A DNA stretch of 60,794 nucleotides, filler included. It is 4 parts of 4 records of this genome, joined end to end, with 100 filler letters (N's around TTAATTAATTAA, not from the genome) between each part and the next. Parts side by side here need not be neighbours in the genome. Positions count along the whole stretch, not along the records: positions 21,102 to 45,587 come from SRR20825019_834; positions 45,688 to 55,638 come from SRR20825019_835; 2 more parts are not named here. One strand, 5' to 3'. Position 1 is the stretch's first letter. The number at the start of each line of letters is the position of its first letter. Below, one piece after another: positions 38,515 to 49,295 of this stretch. The position numbers and the translations under genes were made by a program. Under the pieces are notes generated by a model, which had not been told where the DNA came from, made no database searches, and worked only from the letters and a program-made list of their open reading frames with translations.

Positions 38515-40256
38515 ATGAGGGCTCTGCAGGCCCTGACACTCCTTTGTTTCCTGTGTTCTATTGAGGCGCTGAGGGTTTCCAGTCAAGAGTATGGCCTAAG
38601 GGTACTGCGCGAGGCACAGAAACACAGGAGCAACGGGAGTGTTAGCGAGGTATGGATGCCGTTGCGCTTGGCAACACTTTCATGCTGTAGTTGTTATTGT
38701 GGTTGTACGCTTCTAAGTGACCGGCCTGGAAGTTTTCCGTGTCCATTCCGGATGATCCTGGAGCAATAGTGAAAGTGTGCTTCATTGGCTGCGGCTGGTG
38801 TCGCCTCACGTTCTATGCGGGCCTGCCTCGGATACTTGTTATCATGGGTTGGCCTGAACCTTGTCGTGATACATCTCTTCCAAAACATATTTACATTTAT
38901 TTTTTAATTTTTTTTTATTGTTTTGTTTTTTCCCGGTTTAACCGTTTCTCTCAGGCAATTTTCTTATACAAACACATCCTCCAGTACACGGACCAAGGAC
39001 ACAATGGCACCAATGTGCCAGGCCCTTTGGACATACCTGCTGTGATGGCCGAGTATGCTCGCCTCTTGATTGACAATAACGATATTCCTGGCGCGCATTC
39101 TGTACTCAAGGAGCTTCAAAGGCGATGTAGTGAGCCAAGCGGCTGCATTGCTGAGGGTGTCGATGAATATATATCCAAGCTTGAGGAGTATCCTTTGGAC
39201 CTCGAGTGGTGCAGGCGTGATATTCGTACCATGAATGCTCGTGTGGTATCATTTGGATTTCCCCGATATGTTGACCAGACTACGACATCATACGAAAAAA
39301 GATTTGACCAAATAGCATCTACACTCCTAGATAATGTTTTCCTGGACGAAGCTACAGGAGAAATATTGGACGGATTCGACCTAGTGGTCATTCCTGAGTT
39401 TTTTGATGGGGCCATGAAGTTTCGCAATAATGTCTATGATGGCGAAAATGGGAATTATGTGAAGAACTTTGCAGCGTTAGCGTCTGAGCTGCGATCTTAT
39501 GTTCTCGTACCATTACTTGTTTCTAGTGATAATGGGATAACTGTAGTCCGTTCTCTCTTACTTGACCGCGACGGCGAAATATCATGCCGGTACGATAAGC
39601 AATATCCAAGTGAAGAAGAGCTCATGTTTGAGTTTCGGCCTGCGAGCCCAGGATCGGAAGCTGTTGTGTGTGAGACTGAATTTGGGCGTGTGGGCATGGC
39701 ATTGTGCAATGACGTGAATTTTCCCGAGACTGCTCAAGCCCTTGCGGATCAGCGTGCAGACTTGATAGTATGGCCAAGTGGCTTCGGTATGGGATCTAAG
39801 ATTCAGTCCATAGCTAGTCTCCACAATGTGTTCGTAGTGACTTCCACAATGCGAGGCGAATGTTCGTTTCATTCCTATGATGGCTATCGTCTTCTCCACA
39901 AGAAAGTGACTGGTGATACTGTGGATTCCATTGCTGTGTGCATGGGATTCATTGAGACTGACTATGCCACTTATCATATTGAGAACTTACGGAATGTGCG
40001 GAAGGTTGAGAAGTTGATGGAGCAATATTCTGAGCATTTTGGTGTGACCAATTATTTCGATGAGGAGCTCTTCATTGTTGGCAGACTGAGCAGATCTACA
40101 CCATACAGTGCAAGGTGTGCGGGGAAGCTGTTTGGCATGGCATTGTATCGAGAATACATTGACGGCATGCGTGCTCTGATAGACATGCGTAAGAGAGTCG
40201 ACGTCACGCCATCCAGTGGCTCTGGTCTGCCCGAAGACTACCCTATTCAAGAATAA
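38515..40256 (+). CDS. Secreted carbon-nitrogen hydrolase (nitrilase superfamily) with N-terminal helical/TPR-like region
   Basis: Signal-like MRALQALTLLCFLCSIEA. Intron 38650-38954 joins it to the ORF with the catalytic triad IPEFF / YDKQY / LCNDVNFPE. Confidence 0.8.
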
Positions 40257-40384
40257 TATACACTTTTCGTTGATCTAACCTCAGTGTTATTTTCACCAGT
40301 ACAAGGATTCTCCTATAGTCGACGACAGATTTTGCTGTCGCCCGACTCACTGTATTCTTGTATATTCATTCCAATATTGTGGTA

Positions 40385-40943
40385 CTAAGAAATATATGGC
40401 ATGTTGCTCTTGTCCTGAGCAAGCGCACAGGAATTCAGCATGAAGCTAAGCTCCTCATCAAACTCTGATACCCCGGCATAGTCAGACTCCATTAACATGG
40501 GTTGGCCACTGAACATACAGTCAGAAACGATCATAACGCACTCAGAAATTCACCTACTTCACAGGCATAGACGGGTTCATCATACTCGATGAAGTGAGTC
40601 TACAAGTTCCTTGGACAGGCCGTATCCAACCAGTTCCACATGGCTGACCCCCAACTCCCGCACCATTATCACTTCCCCCTGCTGCTGCTTCAAAAGCACT
40701 CCGTTTTAACACACCGCCCTCACTTTGATAGGAGTGAGCAGAGATAGACCCTGAAAGTGCAGGGCTAGTTTGAGGAATGGGAGTTGTAAAGAGCCCTCTC
40801 CCATTTGCGGCGTGAACTGAGCCATTGTGTGTGCCAGAGCTTATTTTGGTCCCACTGTGCTCACCTCCACCGAGAGTCATCGACTCCAGCGGTTTCAACA
40901 AGGGATCGTGTGCCCCTGAGGTCTGAGCACGAGAAACAGGCAT
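40385..40943 (-). CDS. Hypothetical low-complexity protein (~169 aa)
   Basis: ORF 40554..40958 continues via a 49-nt intron (40509-40557) to ...EFDEELSFMLNSCALAQDKSNMPYIS*. No family recognised. Confidence 0.5.
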
Positions 40944-42427
40944 GACTGCACCAGTCAATCAACATAAGACGTCGGAATATATATTCACTCCACTTTCAGT
41001 GCCCACTGACCGTGAGAGTGCGTGTTGTGCTGGCAATACTGGCCCTGATACCGTTTCTGCCGGACAGCAACACCGGGACCGGGTACTAGCTTGATACTCT
41101 AGCTAGCTGGTTGGGTCACTACAACGGGTCAGTGAGCACGACTGTTTGATGCCCCCACCCCCAGCCAGCCACGGCCACGTGGGGAGACTCTATCTCCCGC
41201 CAGATAGTGCCCAGCACCAGCCTACCTAAAGCGTGCTGAGGCCCGCCGGCCGCCCCGGAGTGAGTCCGGTCCCCCCAGCCCGCCCGGACAGCCCGCCGGG
41301 CCGGGCCTGGCCGGCGGCCAGTCACTCAGTTCGTCCCACCTGCCGGCTCATCGTTGATTGCTTCTCGGTTCTTGGGGAGCGAAACGAGATTCAACGCAGA
41401 TGCTGGGGCACGGCCGGCCTCGTTCAGTCCGTGAGCCATCCATACGGTCCAGGGCATGATGGGCTCCTGACGACACAGAAGGAAAACGGAAAACTGAAAG
41501 CGAGTGGTTCACTGCCCGCTGTTCTCACTTTCACGTTTTGACCACACGTCTCATTCATTCAATCTAGAGATTACGTAACTTCGAGACCGGTGCACTGGGA
41601 CCCGGTCGTGGGCCACCCCGGCCCGGCGCCCGGGCCGGGCGGGGGCGCCGCGCGGCGGCGGACGGTCGCGGGCGGCGCGCAGCCGATCGGGCACGGCAGG
41701 CCGCCGCCCGGGCACCGCCAGCTGAGCCGGGTGGGCCAGGCCCCGCCCGGGCCGCGAGGCCGGTGGGCCCCGCGCGCCGCACAGTCAGGCCGGGATCGCC
41801 CGGCCGCCCGGCGTAGGACGGCCTGGCCGCCGCCGCCCGGCCCTCCACCGGGCCCCCCAAACCGAACGGACGAACCGCAGCCGACCAACCGGGGGGCCGG
41901 GAGCAGTCCCGGTGAGCGTCGCGGTCTCAGCGGCGACTGCGCCCAGGGCGGGGCGCCCGGCGGGTGTCGTCAATTGGTTTGCACGACACACTCACATTGT
42001 GACAGCAGGCCTGCCGCCCTTGGGCCGCTTATTTTGACATTCATGTGGAACGGCGGGTTCGGCTCCGCAATGAACGGGCCCGCGGTACAACAAGCACTCT
42101 CCGGCACGCCCTGCGGGGAGCCTTGCCGATCGTGGAATCGGCTCCCGCAAGCCGCGTGGGTGAACATATTTAGAATCACGACCATGCATACAACAAAGTG
42201 GAGGTGCAATTTGTTTTACTTGCCGCCTTGACTCAGATTAACATGCGTTGTTCTTCTGATCTCTTCTAGGTGACGTCATGTATTGCATCAGAAGAATTCG
42301 CCTCTTTAATTAGCCCACTGGGTGCGCGGGTTGGTGAGCCGCGTTCTGCGGCGAGCTGCCTTCTCTTCGCGAGACGCTTCTATGCCAGTCGGGTCAGTCA
42401 GGCGCGAAACATTCGTTATTTTACACA

Positions 42428-45246
42428 TTATGCTGTTGCTGTTTTTGAAGGCGATGATATGCTCTGTAGACGGGCCAAGCTTGACCTGCCCCCTATTCTT
42501 AACCCGGCTCTGACTGCCAGTAGCTGACTCTTTCTTCTTTCTGCCAGCTCTTCTTTTTTTCGTTGTTCCTGTAAGAGTGTTAGTTCTGTATGTCGTTAGT
42601 ATTGTAATTCTAGATTAAGTTACCGAGAGCAGCTTTTTGTCGTATTGGTTGTATTCCATAGTATCCTTTTCCTCGTCGGTGATGGGCATTTCGGTAAACT
42701 CAATCTTTTCTTCACTGGTGCTGTTTTTCTTTCTTCCCTTGTACAAAGGCTTTCCGATTGCTAGTTTCTCTTGACTCTTTCCGCGCCTCCCGCGACCGCG
42801 TTTAGAACTTGCCGAAGCAATTGACTGATTGTCATCGTCGGACAAGGATGTCCCAACCGACTTCATTGCTTCCAAAGCCTGAATTTGTTTGGTCACTGTC
42901 TTCAGGGCGGACTTCCCGGCCTTTCGTTTCTGTTGATTGGCGGACTTGCTCTTCTTAGAGGAGGGGAGCGCCAATACCTGCGATATCGTTCTCGACAATC
43001 CAGCAGCATTCTTTTGTGCCTGACCTGCGCTTTCACTGTCAATAGCGTATATTGTAAGGTCTGTGTCACCAGATGAAGTTCCGCTGCGTGTGCTCCCAAC
43101 CGAACGACGTGTATTTCCACCAGATGACGGGCGACCTGTGGAGCGCTTCCATGTACTAGCAGATGTTGGGCGGCTGAAGCCGTGACTGGCGTCTGAATCT
43201 GAGTTGTCATTATTCCCAAAGCGAACTCGAGTTGCGGTGCCTGGTCTACTCCTCCTCGTGGTTGCTGCACTGGAACTATTCAATTTCAATGCAGATAATT
43301 TCTTCCCGAGCATCAATTCCGTGGCAGTTGGGGACATAGACATACTATCAGTGGATGGTGCCATCGCTATCATGGAATTTCGGCCAATTAGTTGCATGAT
43401 TACATTGTGCATCTTATCTCCTTGTTTTGCAACCTTTTGCATGGCAATATCCCAATAATCTACCGAGCCATCTGAGTCAGAATCACTCTCCGCTTCCTGC
43501 GATGTCTCGGGCGACTGGAGAAAGCCAACGCTCGCCTTTCGCACAGCCGCTTGCTTTTTCTTTTTCTTTTTCGCTGCTTCATCATCATCCCCCATAAGCA
43601 GGGTTACATCAACATTCTTTCCTTCATTGGCAGAGTACGTTGATTTTGTCCACTGTTGATACTTTGCAAACATTCTCAACTTCTTCGTTGTTCTAGTCAT
43701 TGCTGATACTGACTTCCCTGCGCGCTGCCATGCGCCCTTTCCCCCGCTGTGTAGTGTATTTGACGCCTCTATTTTGGCAAGTTGTTGCTGTTGGGTTTTC
43801 TCTACCTCAGAGAGCATTTTGTACGCGTGCTGCTCTATCCGCAGTTCTGTTATGTAGCAGAAAGATATGAGAATAAGGTCACTGTGACGGGAGATATGAT
43901 AGATGGGTGGAAGTCATGTTCTCTTACCGTATACTGACTTCGGATCCTTGAGGGTGTCATATTCGATTGACGTATCTTGGGTCAGGGACACAGCCTTAGC
44001 AAGATCTCTTAATGCACCGCTGTATTTTTCCATATCCGCAAGTACTCTCCCTCGGGCCAGATACGCCTCGCGGTTTTGGCGATCCCTCCTAAGTGCATTT
44101 GTCAGAGCAGAGCGAGCAATCTTCAATTCATTAAGCTCCCTGCAACACAGTGTATAGTTAGGCACATGCATATTTTCCATGTACAGGATACACGAACATG
44201 TAAACCAAGCCGCAAAAATAGTATGTCTCTGAATCGGTGTTGTCTAATGTTATTGCTTTCATCAAAGCCTCACTAGCCTCCATATTCATTCCCATTCGAA
44301 ACAAACAGATGCCCAGCGACTTGTGAAACATTGCCTTCTCATTGCCAAAGCGTAGAGTTGTTCTAAAATCGTCTTCTGCATTAGCATATTTCTTCATTTT
44401 CATGTATGTCAATCCTCGCTCGTGATAAATATCTTCATGTCCAAAAATCCACACTGGGTGTATTGGCTCATCAGCATTTTGTGCTATTTTTGCAGCTGCG
44501 TCAAGATCATTCAGGGCTTTGTCCAAAACCAACATTTGCGAGTAATCTGAGAAGGAATGTTATTTGGAAATTTCACCCGGACTCTGCGAATCCAGTCTTG
44601 AACTTACTTCTTCCACGTATAAAGTTGTGAAACCATGCTGTTGGGTCCATTTTCATCGCCCGGTTAAGGTCTTCTGCCGCTTTTTTTCGCTCTATGTAAT
44701 TAGCATTTTAGCCTCAAGTATTAGATCTCAGTTACAGCAAGGAATAGAAACCTTTTTGTTCAGAGTACACAGTTCCCCTCATGACACATGCATCGGGACT
44801 TAGTGGATCTCTCCTCATCGCTGTTGAGAAGTAAAACCTGGCTCTATTGCTTTCGTAAGGTTTGATGTCCTCGTGTGAGCTATGAATATCCCTTCAACTT
44901 ACCGGTCGAAGTCGCTGCGATACATGGCCTGCATCCCTCGGGCCATACATTCGTGGAATGTATATTCCCTTTTCTTGGATCCGACATTCGAAGCTTTGAG
45001 TGCATTTTGTTGTTTCTTCGTCATTTGCTCCTCTTCCCACCTCCACATTTCAAATTCAGAAAGATTGCTTGGGGGGTCGCCAATATCAGAGTGGGAGCTC
45101 TTTGACGACCGGAATGAAGATTCACTAGTTAACGAAAACCCAAAGGAATGCCTTCCCTTTCCTGACCGGACCCGCTTCATGTGTCGTCTCAATAGGTCAC
45201 GAGAGGAGTGATTCCTAGAATACGATGCGTTGCTCGTAAGCTCCAT
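42428..45246 (-). CDS. TPR-repeat protein with Ser/Lys-rich C-terminus
   Basis: TPR helices (IYHERGLTYMKMKKYANAEDDF; AYLARGRVLADMEKYSGALRDL) in several exons; last exon ends KTATA* at 42428. Confidence 0.75.
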
Positions 45247-45587
45247 GGCGAGCGAGACTAGTGCTGTGCTACCACACTGCTCGGATATACAAAGCCGCGC
45301 TCTTGATTCTTGAATACTATGTCACCAGTACTGACATACTTTGAAATATAGACTTCGAGAATCAGCAGAAAGCTGGGCAGGCGCAAGCATCGGAGTGATA
45401 GGAGTCAGCTGTACTCAACTGTCTTGAGCTCTAGCTGGAGTGTATGAGAGTCCTCGCGTGGCATGCGTGCGGCAGGTCCCATGCCGGTTCCCTCTAGGAC
45501 TTTTCTTTTTTCTTTGGGGGCTATGTGCCACGGTCAGTGGAGGCGCCGCTAGCTGCCGAGCCCCCCCCCGATAGCCCAGCTAAGTGG

Positions 45588-45687
45588 NNNNNNNNNNNNN
45601 NNNNNNNNNNNNNNNNNNNNNNNNNNNNNNNTTAATTAATTAANNNNNNNNNNNNNNNNNNNNNNNNNNNNNNNNNNNNNNNNNNNN
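45588..45687. other. Artificial contig linker
   Basis: N44-TTAATTAATTAA-N44; base composition switches to very AT-rich. Confidence 0.98.
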
Positions 45688-46152
45688 TAATTTAGGAGAA
45701 ATCATTGCTATTAGGATTTCAAATAGGAGTTTGTAGTGCTTTATCTCAAGAAGTTATATATCTCTAGGAGCTTAAAAGGTAAGATTTATCCAATAAACTT
45801 TATTTTATGTTAAAATATATGTAGCTTAATCGAAATTTGTATTTTATACCTATCATCTTCTCAAGTTTCTTGTATCTGTAGTCATACTAATACTTATAAC
45901 TTCTATTCTCTTTATTTTAAGGAAAGTTTATTCTCTTATCCCTTAGTGTTTTACAGTTCTTCAATTTCTCTTCTTAAGATATATATTTCCATATTGCTTT
46001 TTGCCTCCACATTTTCTTTGTATTTGCATATCTAAACAATCGTTTATTGATTTTCTAGATCACCCCTCCATTTTGAAATTTTAGTCCAACATGTGTTTGA
46101 ACTTATAAGAGCACTCATAATTTCTCTTAAACGAAATTTGAGTTAATTATAT

Positions 46153-48516
46153 TTATTTCTTATTATTACTTCTTTTTTTAAAAGAAGATTTAGGTTTATT
46201 TATTTTTTTATTTTCCGAATTTTTAATTATATCTATAGCCTCATCTAATTGTAAATTAAATACATCATGTGATTTAGGGATACTGGTAAATTTTTTATCA
46301 TGTAATATAAAAGGTCCAAATCTTCCTATGCCAACTTTTAGTTCTAGATTTGTTTCTGGGTGAAGACCAATAATTTTTGGAAGTGATAAAAGGTCTTTTG
46401 CAATATTTAAATCAACATCATGAGGAGAGATGAAATTTGGTATTGAACATCTTTTTACTTTATTTTTGGTCCTAGATTCAGGATCTTGTACTTCTAAGTA
46501 AAATCCGTAAGGACCTTTTTTTAAGAATACTTCATTTTCATATACTTTTCCTATTGATTTAGTTTCAATATCTTCATTAACCTCGCTATTATCATTAGTA
46601 ATAGTAGATATTTTTTTAGTATTTTTACATTCTGGATAGTTAGAACAGGCTAGAAAGGCACCAAATTTACCTAGCCTTAGATTTATTGTGCCATCATCAC
46701 ATTTATTACATTTTTTTGGATTAGGGTTATCATCAGATTTTGGAAATAAATGATAGTCGAGCATATTCTCAATTTTATCTATAATATCCTTAATGTTATA
46801 ATCTGTAAGTCCCTGTATATTATTATTAAAATCATTCCAAAAATTCTTAAGTAAATCAAGCCATTTCATATTACCTTCAGCAATCTTGTCTAGATCTTCT
46901 TCAAGCCCTCTAGTAAAGTCATACTCAACATATTTTAAAAAATAATTTACTAAAAATGCAGTTAATATCCTTCCTCTTTCGTCAGGAAAAAATCTTTTAT
47001 TCTCTATATGAACATAATTTCTTTCTTGAATTACTGATATAATAGTTGCGTAAGTTGAAGGTCTTCCTATACCTAGTTCTTCTAGTTTTTTTACGAGACT
47101 TGCTTCAGTAAATCTTGGTGGAGGATCAGTAAAATGTTGCTTTGGTATAATATCATTTACTACAACTTTTTCCCCTATTGTTAGATTAGGAAGAGTTTTA
47201 TATCTTTCATCTTTAGTATCTTCATCCTGTTCTTTATATATTTTATAAAACCCATCAAAAGATAAATTTGAACCAACTGCTCTTAATATTAATTTATCTT
47301 TTTCTGCATTAATCTCTACAGAAATAGTGTCTATTTTTGCTTGGCTCATTTGACAAGCAACAGCACGTTTCCAAATTAAATCATACAGCTTATATTGTTC
47401 ATTATCCAGCTCATTTTTAATTGATTCAGGTGTTATCTTAATATTTGTTGGTCTTATCGCTTCATGGGCTTCTTGAGCATTTTTTGACTTAGATTTATAA
47501 ATATTTGGAGAATTTGGTAGATATTTATTTCCAAAGTTACTGGATATATAATCTCTTATAGTGTTAATTGCTTCATTTGATAGTGATACACCATCAGTTC
47601 TCATATAAGTTATTAAACCTACTGTTTCACCTCCTATATTAATTCCTTCATATAATTTTTGAGCAATTTGCATAGTTCTTTTTGCTCTAAATCCTAATTT
47701 TCTAGCAGCTTCTTGCTGCAATGTAGAAGTTATAAATGGGGGGTAGGGGTTTCGTTTTTGAGTTTTAGATTCAATATTACTAACTATGTAATCAGAATTA
47801 GTAAGTCTTTTCTTTAAAATTTCAGCTTGATCTTTATTTTCAATACTGAATTTTGTTAATTTTTCATCATCTACAGAATATAATTTTGCTTGAAAATTCT
47901 CTTTAGTGTGTTTTTGCATTTCTAAAGTAATATCCCAATATTCTTTTGGAACAAATATTTCAATTTCTTTTTCTCTTTCACATATTAACCTAAGTGCAAC
48001 TGATTGTACTCTTCCTGCTGACCTACAACCAGGTAGTTTTCTCCATAATAATGGAGATAAGGTAAAACCTACTAAATAATCAAGTGCTTGCCTAGTTTTT
48101 TGTGCTTCAACTAGATTATAATCAATTTCTCTTGGTGAGTTTATTGCATTTGTAACAGCATTTTTAGTAATTTCATTAAAAACTACTCTTTTAACTAGAG
48201 TATTTTTTTTTAAAGCTTTTTTATTTTTGAGTATTTCTACAACATGCCAAGAAATAGCTTCTCCTTCTCTATCTGGATCAGTTGCTAGTAAAATGGTTGA
48301 GGAATTTTTGGAATATTTAGCTATTTCACTTATATATTTTTTTGAAGTAGGATTTGTTTCAAACTCCATTTGAAAATTCTTATCAGGAAGTACTGATCCA
48401 GTTTTTGATGGTAGCTGCCTTACATGACCGAGTGATGCTTTTACTATATAAGAACTTCCTAAATACTTGCCTATAGTTTTAGCCTTTGCTGGTGACTCAA
48501 CTATTACAAGATTCAT
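46153..48516 (-). CDS. topA: DNA topoisomerase I
   Basis: LVIVESPAKAKTI, ATDPDREGEAI, SAGRVQS, LITYMRTD, AQEAHEAIRPT, GIGRPSTY. Confidence 0.98.
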   Translation of the reverse strand: MNLVIVESPAKAKTIGKYLGSSYIVKASLGHVRQLPSKTGSVLPDKNFQMEFETNPTSKKYISEIAKYSKNSSTILLATDPDREGEAISWHVVEILKNKKALKKNTLVKRVVFNEITKNAVTNAINSPREIDYNLVEAQKTRQALDYLVGFTLSPLLWRKLPGCRSAGRVQSVALRLICEREKEIEIFVPKEYWDITLEMQKHTKENFQAKLYSVDDEKLTKFSIENKDQAEILKKRLTNSDYIVSNIESKTQKRNPYPPFITSTLQQEAARKLGFRAKRTMQIAQKLYEGINIGGETVGLITYMRTDGVSLSNEAINTIRDYISSNFGNKYLPNSPNIYKSKSKNAQEAHEAIRPTNIKITPESIKNELDNEQYKLYDLIWKRAVACQMSQAKIDTISVEINAEKDKLILRAVGSNLSFDGFYKIYKEQDEDTKDERYKTLPNLTIGEKVVVNDIIPKQHFTDPPPRFTEASLVKKLEELGIGRPSTYATIISVIQERNYVHIENKRFFPDERGRILTAFLVNYFLKYVEYDFTRGLEEDLDKIAEGNMKWLDLLKNFWNDFNNNIQGLTDYNIKDIIDKIENMLDYHLFPKSDDNPNPKKCNKCDDGTINLRLGKFGAFLACSNYPECKNTKKISTITNDNSEVNEDIETKSIGKVYENEVFLKKGPYGFYLEVQDPESRTKNKVKRCSIPNFISPHDVDLNIAKDLLSLPKIIGLHPETNLELKVGIGRFGPFILHDKKFTSIPKSHDVFNLQLDEAIDIIKNSENKKINKPKSSFKKRSNNKK

Positions 48517-48557
48517 ATAAGTAATATAATATGGTTAAATTAAAATATAAGTAAAAA

Positions 48558-49160
48558 TTATAATTTACTAGAATGAGAAGTTAGATAATGAGCTACTCCT
48601 TCTTCAGTAGGGGTCATTCCTTCTTGCCCTTCTTGCCAACCAGCAGGGCAAACCTCACCATGCTTTTTATGATATTCTATAGCATCAATCATTCTGATAA
48701 CTTCATTAATATTTCTACCAAGTGGCAGGTCATTAACAAGAATATGCCTTATAACAAAATCTTCATCAATTATAAAAGTACCCCTATAAGCAATTCCTTC
48801 ATCATGAAGTACTTTATAATCTGTTGCAATATTTTTTGTAATATCTGAAACTAAAGGAAATTTAATATCACCTATTCCACCTTTATTAAGAGGGGTTTTT
48901 TTCCAAGCAAGATGTGAAAAATGTGAATCAATACTAATTCCAATAATCTTTGTCTTTTTTTCACATAAAACTCCAAGCTTATTATTTACAGAAATAATTT
49001 CAGATGGACAAACAAATGTAAAATCTAGTGGATAAAATAATAATACGCATTTTTGTCCGTCAGCATATTTTTTTAAGTTAAAATTTTCTTCAATTGCATT
49101 ATCACCCATAATTGCTTTTGCCGTAAAATTAGGTGCGTGTTTTCCGATTAAACTATTCAT
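48558..49160 (-). CDS. ahpC: 2-Cys peroxiredoxin (AhpC/TsaA)
   Basis: FYPLDFTFVCPSE and GEVCPAGW motifs. Confidence 0.95.
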   Translation of the reverse strand: MNSLIGKHAPNFTAKAIMGDNAIEENFNLKKYADGQKCVLLFYPLDFTFVCPSEIISVNNKLGVLCEKKTKIIGISIDSHFSHLAWKKTPLNKGGIGDIKFPLVSDITKNIATDYKVLHDEGIAYRGTFIIDEDFVIRHILVNDLPLGRNINEVIRMIDAIEYHKKHGEVCPAGWQEGQEGMTPTEEGVAHYLTSHSSKL

Positions 49161-49295
49161 TTATCCCTCGTTTTTGTTTATGACACGGAAGATAATATAA
49201 AAAATAAAAATAATCAATAACTATGAATCAATTATATTATTTACTTATTCAAATATATATTAGCAAATACGTAATTTACTTTAGCAAATAGTTCA

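Noticed and set aside
38748-38836. CCGGATGATCCT...GCTTCA resembling the start of eukaryotic tRNA-Sec
   Set aside because: Anticodon and D stems do not pair and the acceptor stem is incomplete.
42070-42165. ATGAA-started stem as a second SECIS
   Set aside because: No correctly placed 3' GA or apical AA, and no Sec ORF upstream.
1-45587. Alternative genetic code or non-canonical (U12, AT-AC) introns in the eukaryote
   Set aside because: TAA, TAG and TGA all act as stops, and the introns I traced in confident genes are GT-AG.
45688-46150. Possible degraded ORF downstream of topA
   Set aside because: Multiple stops and no recognisable motif.
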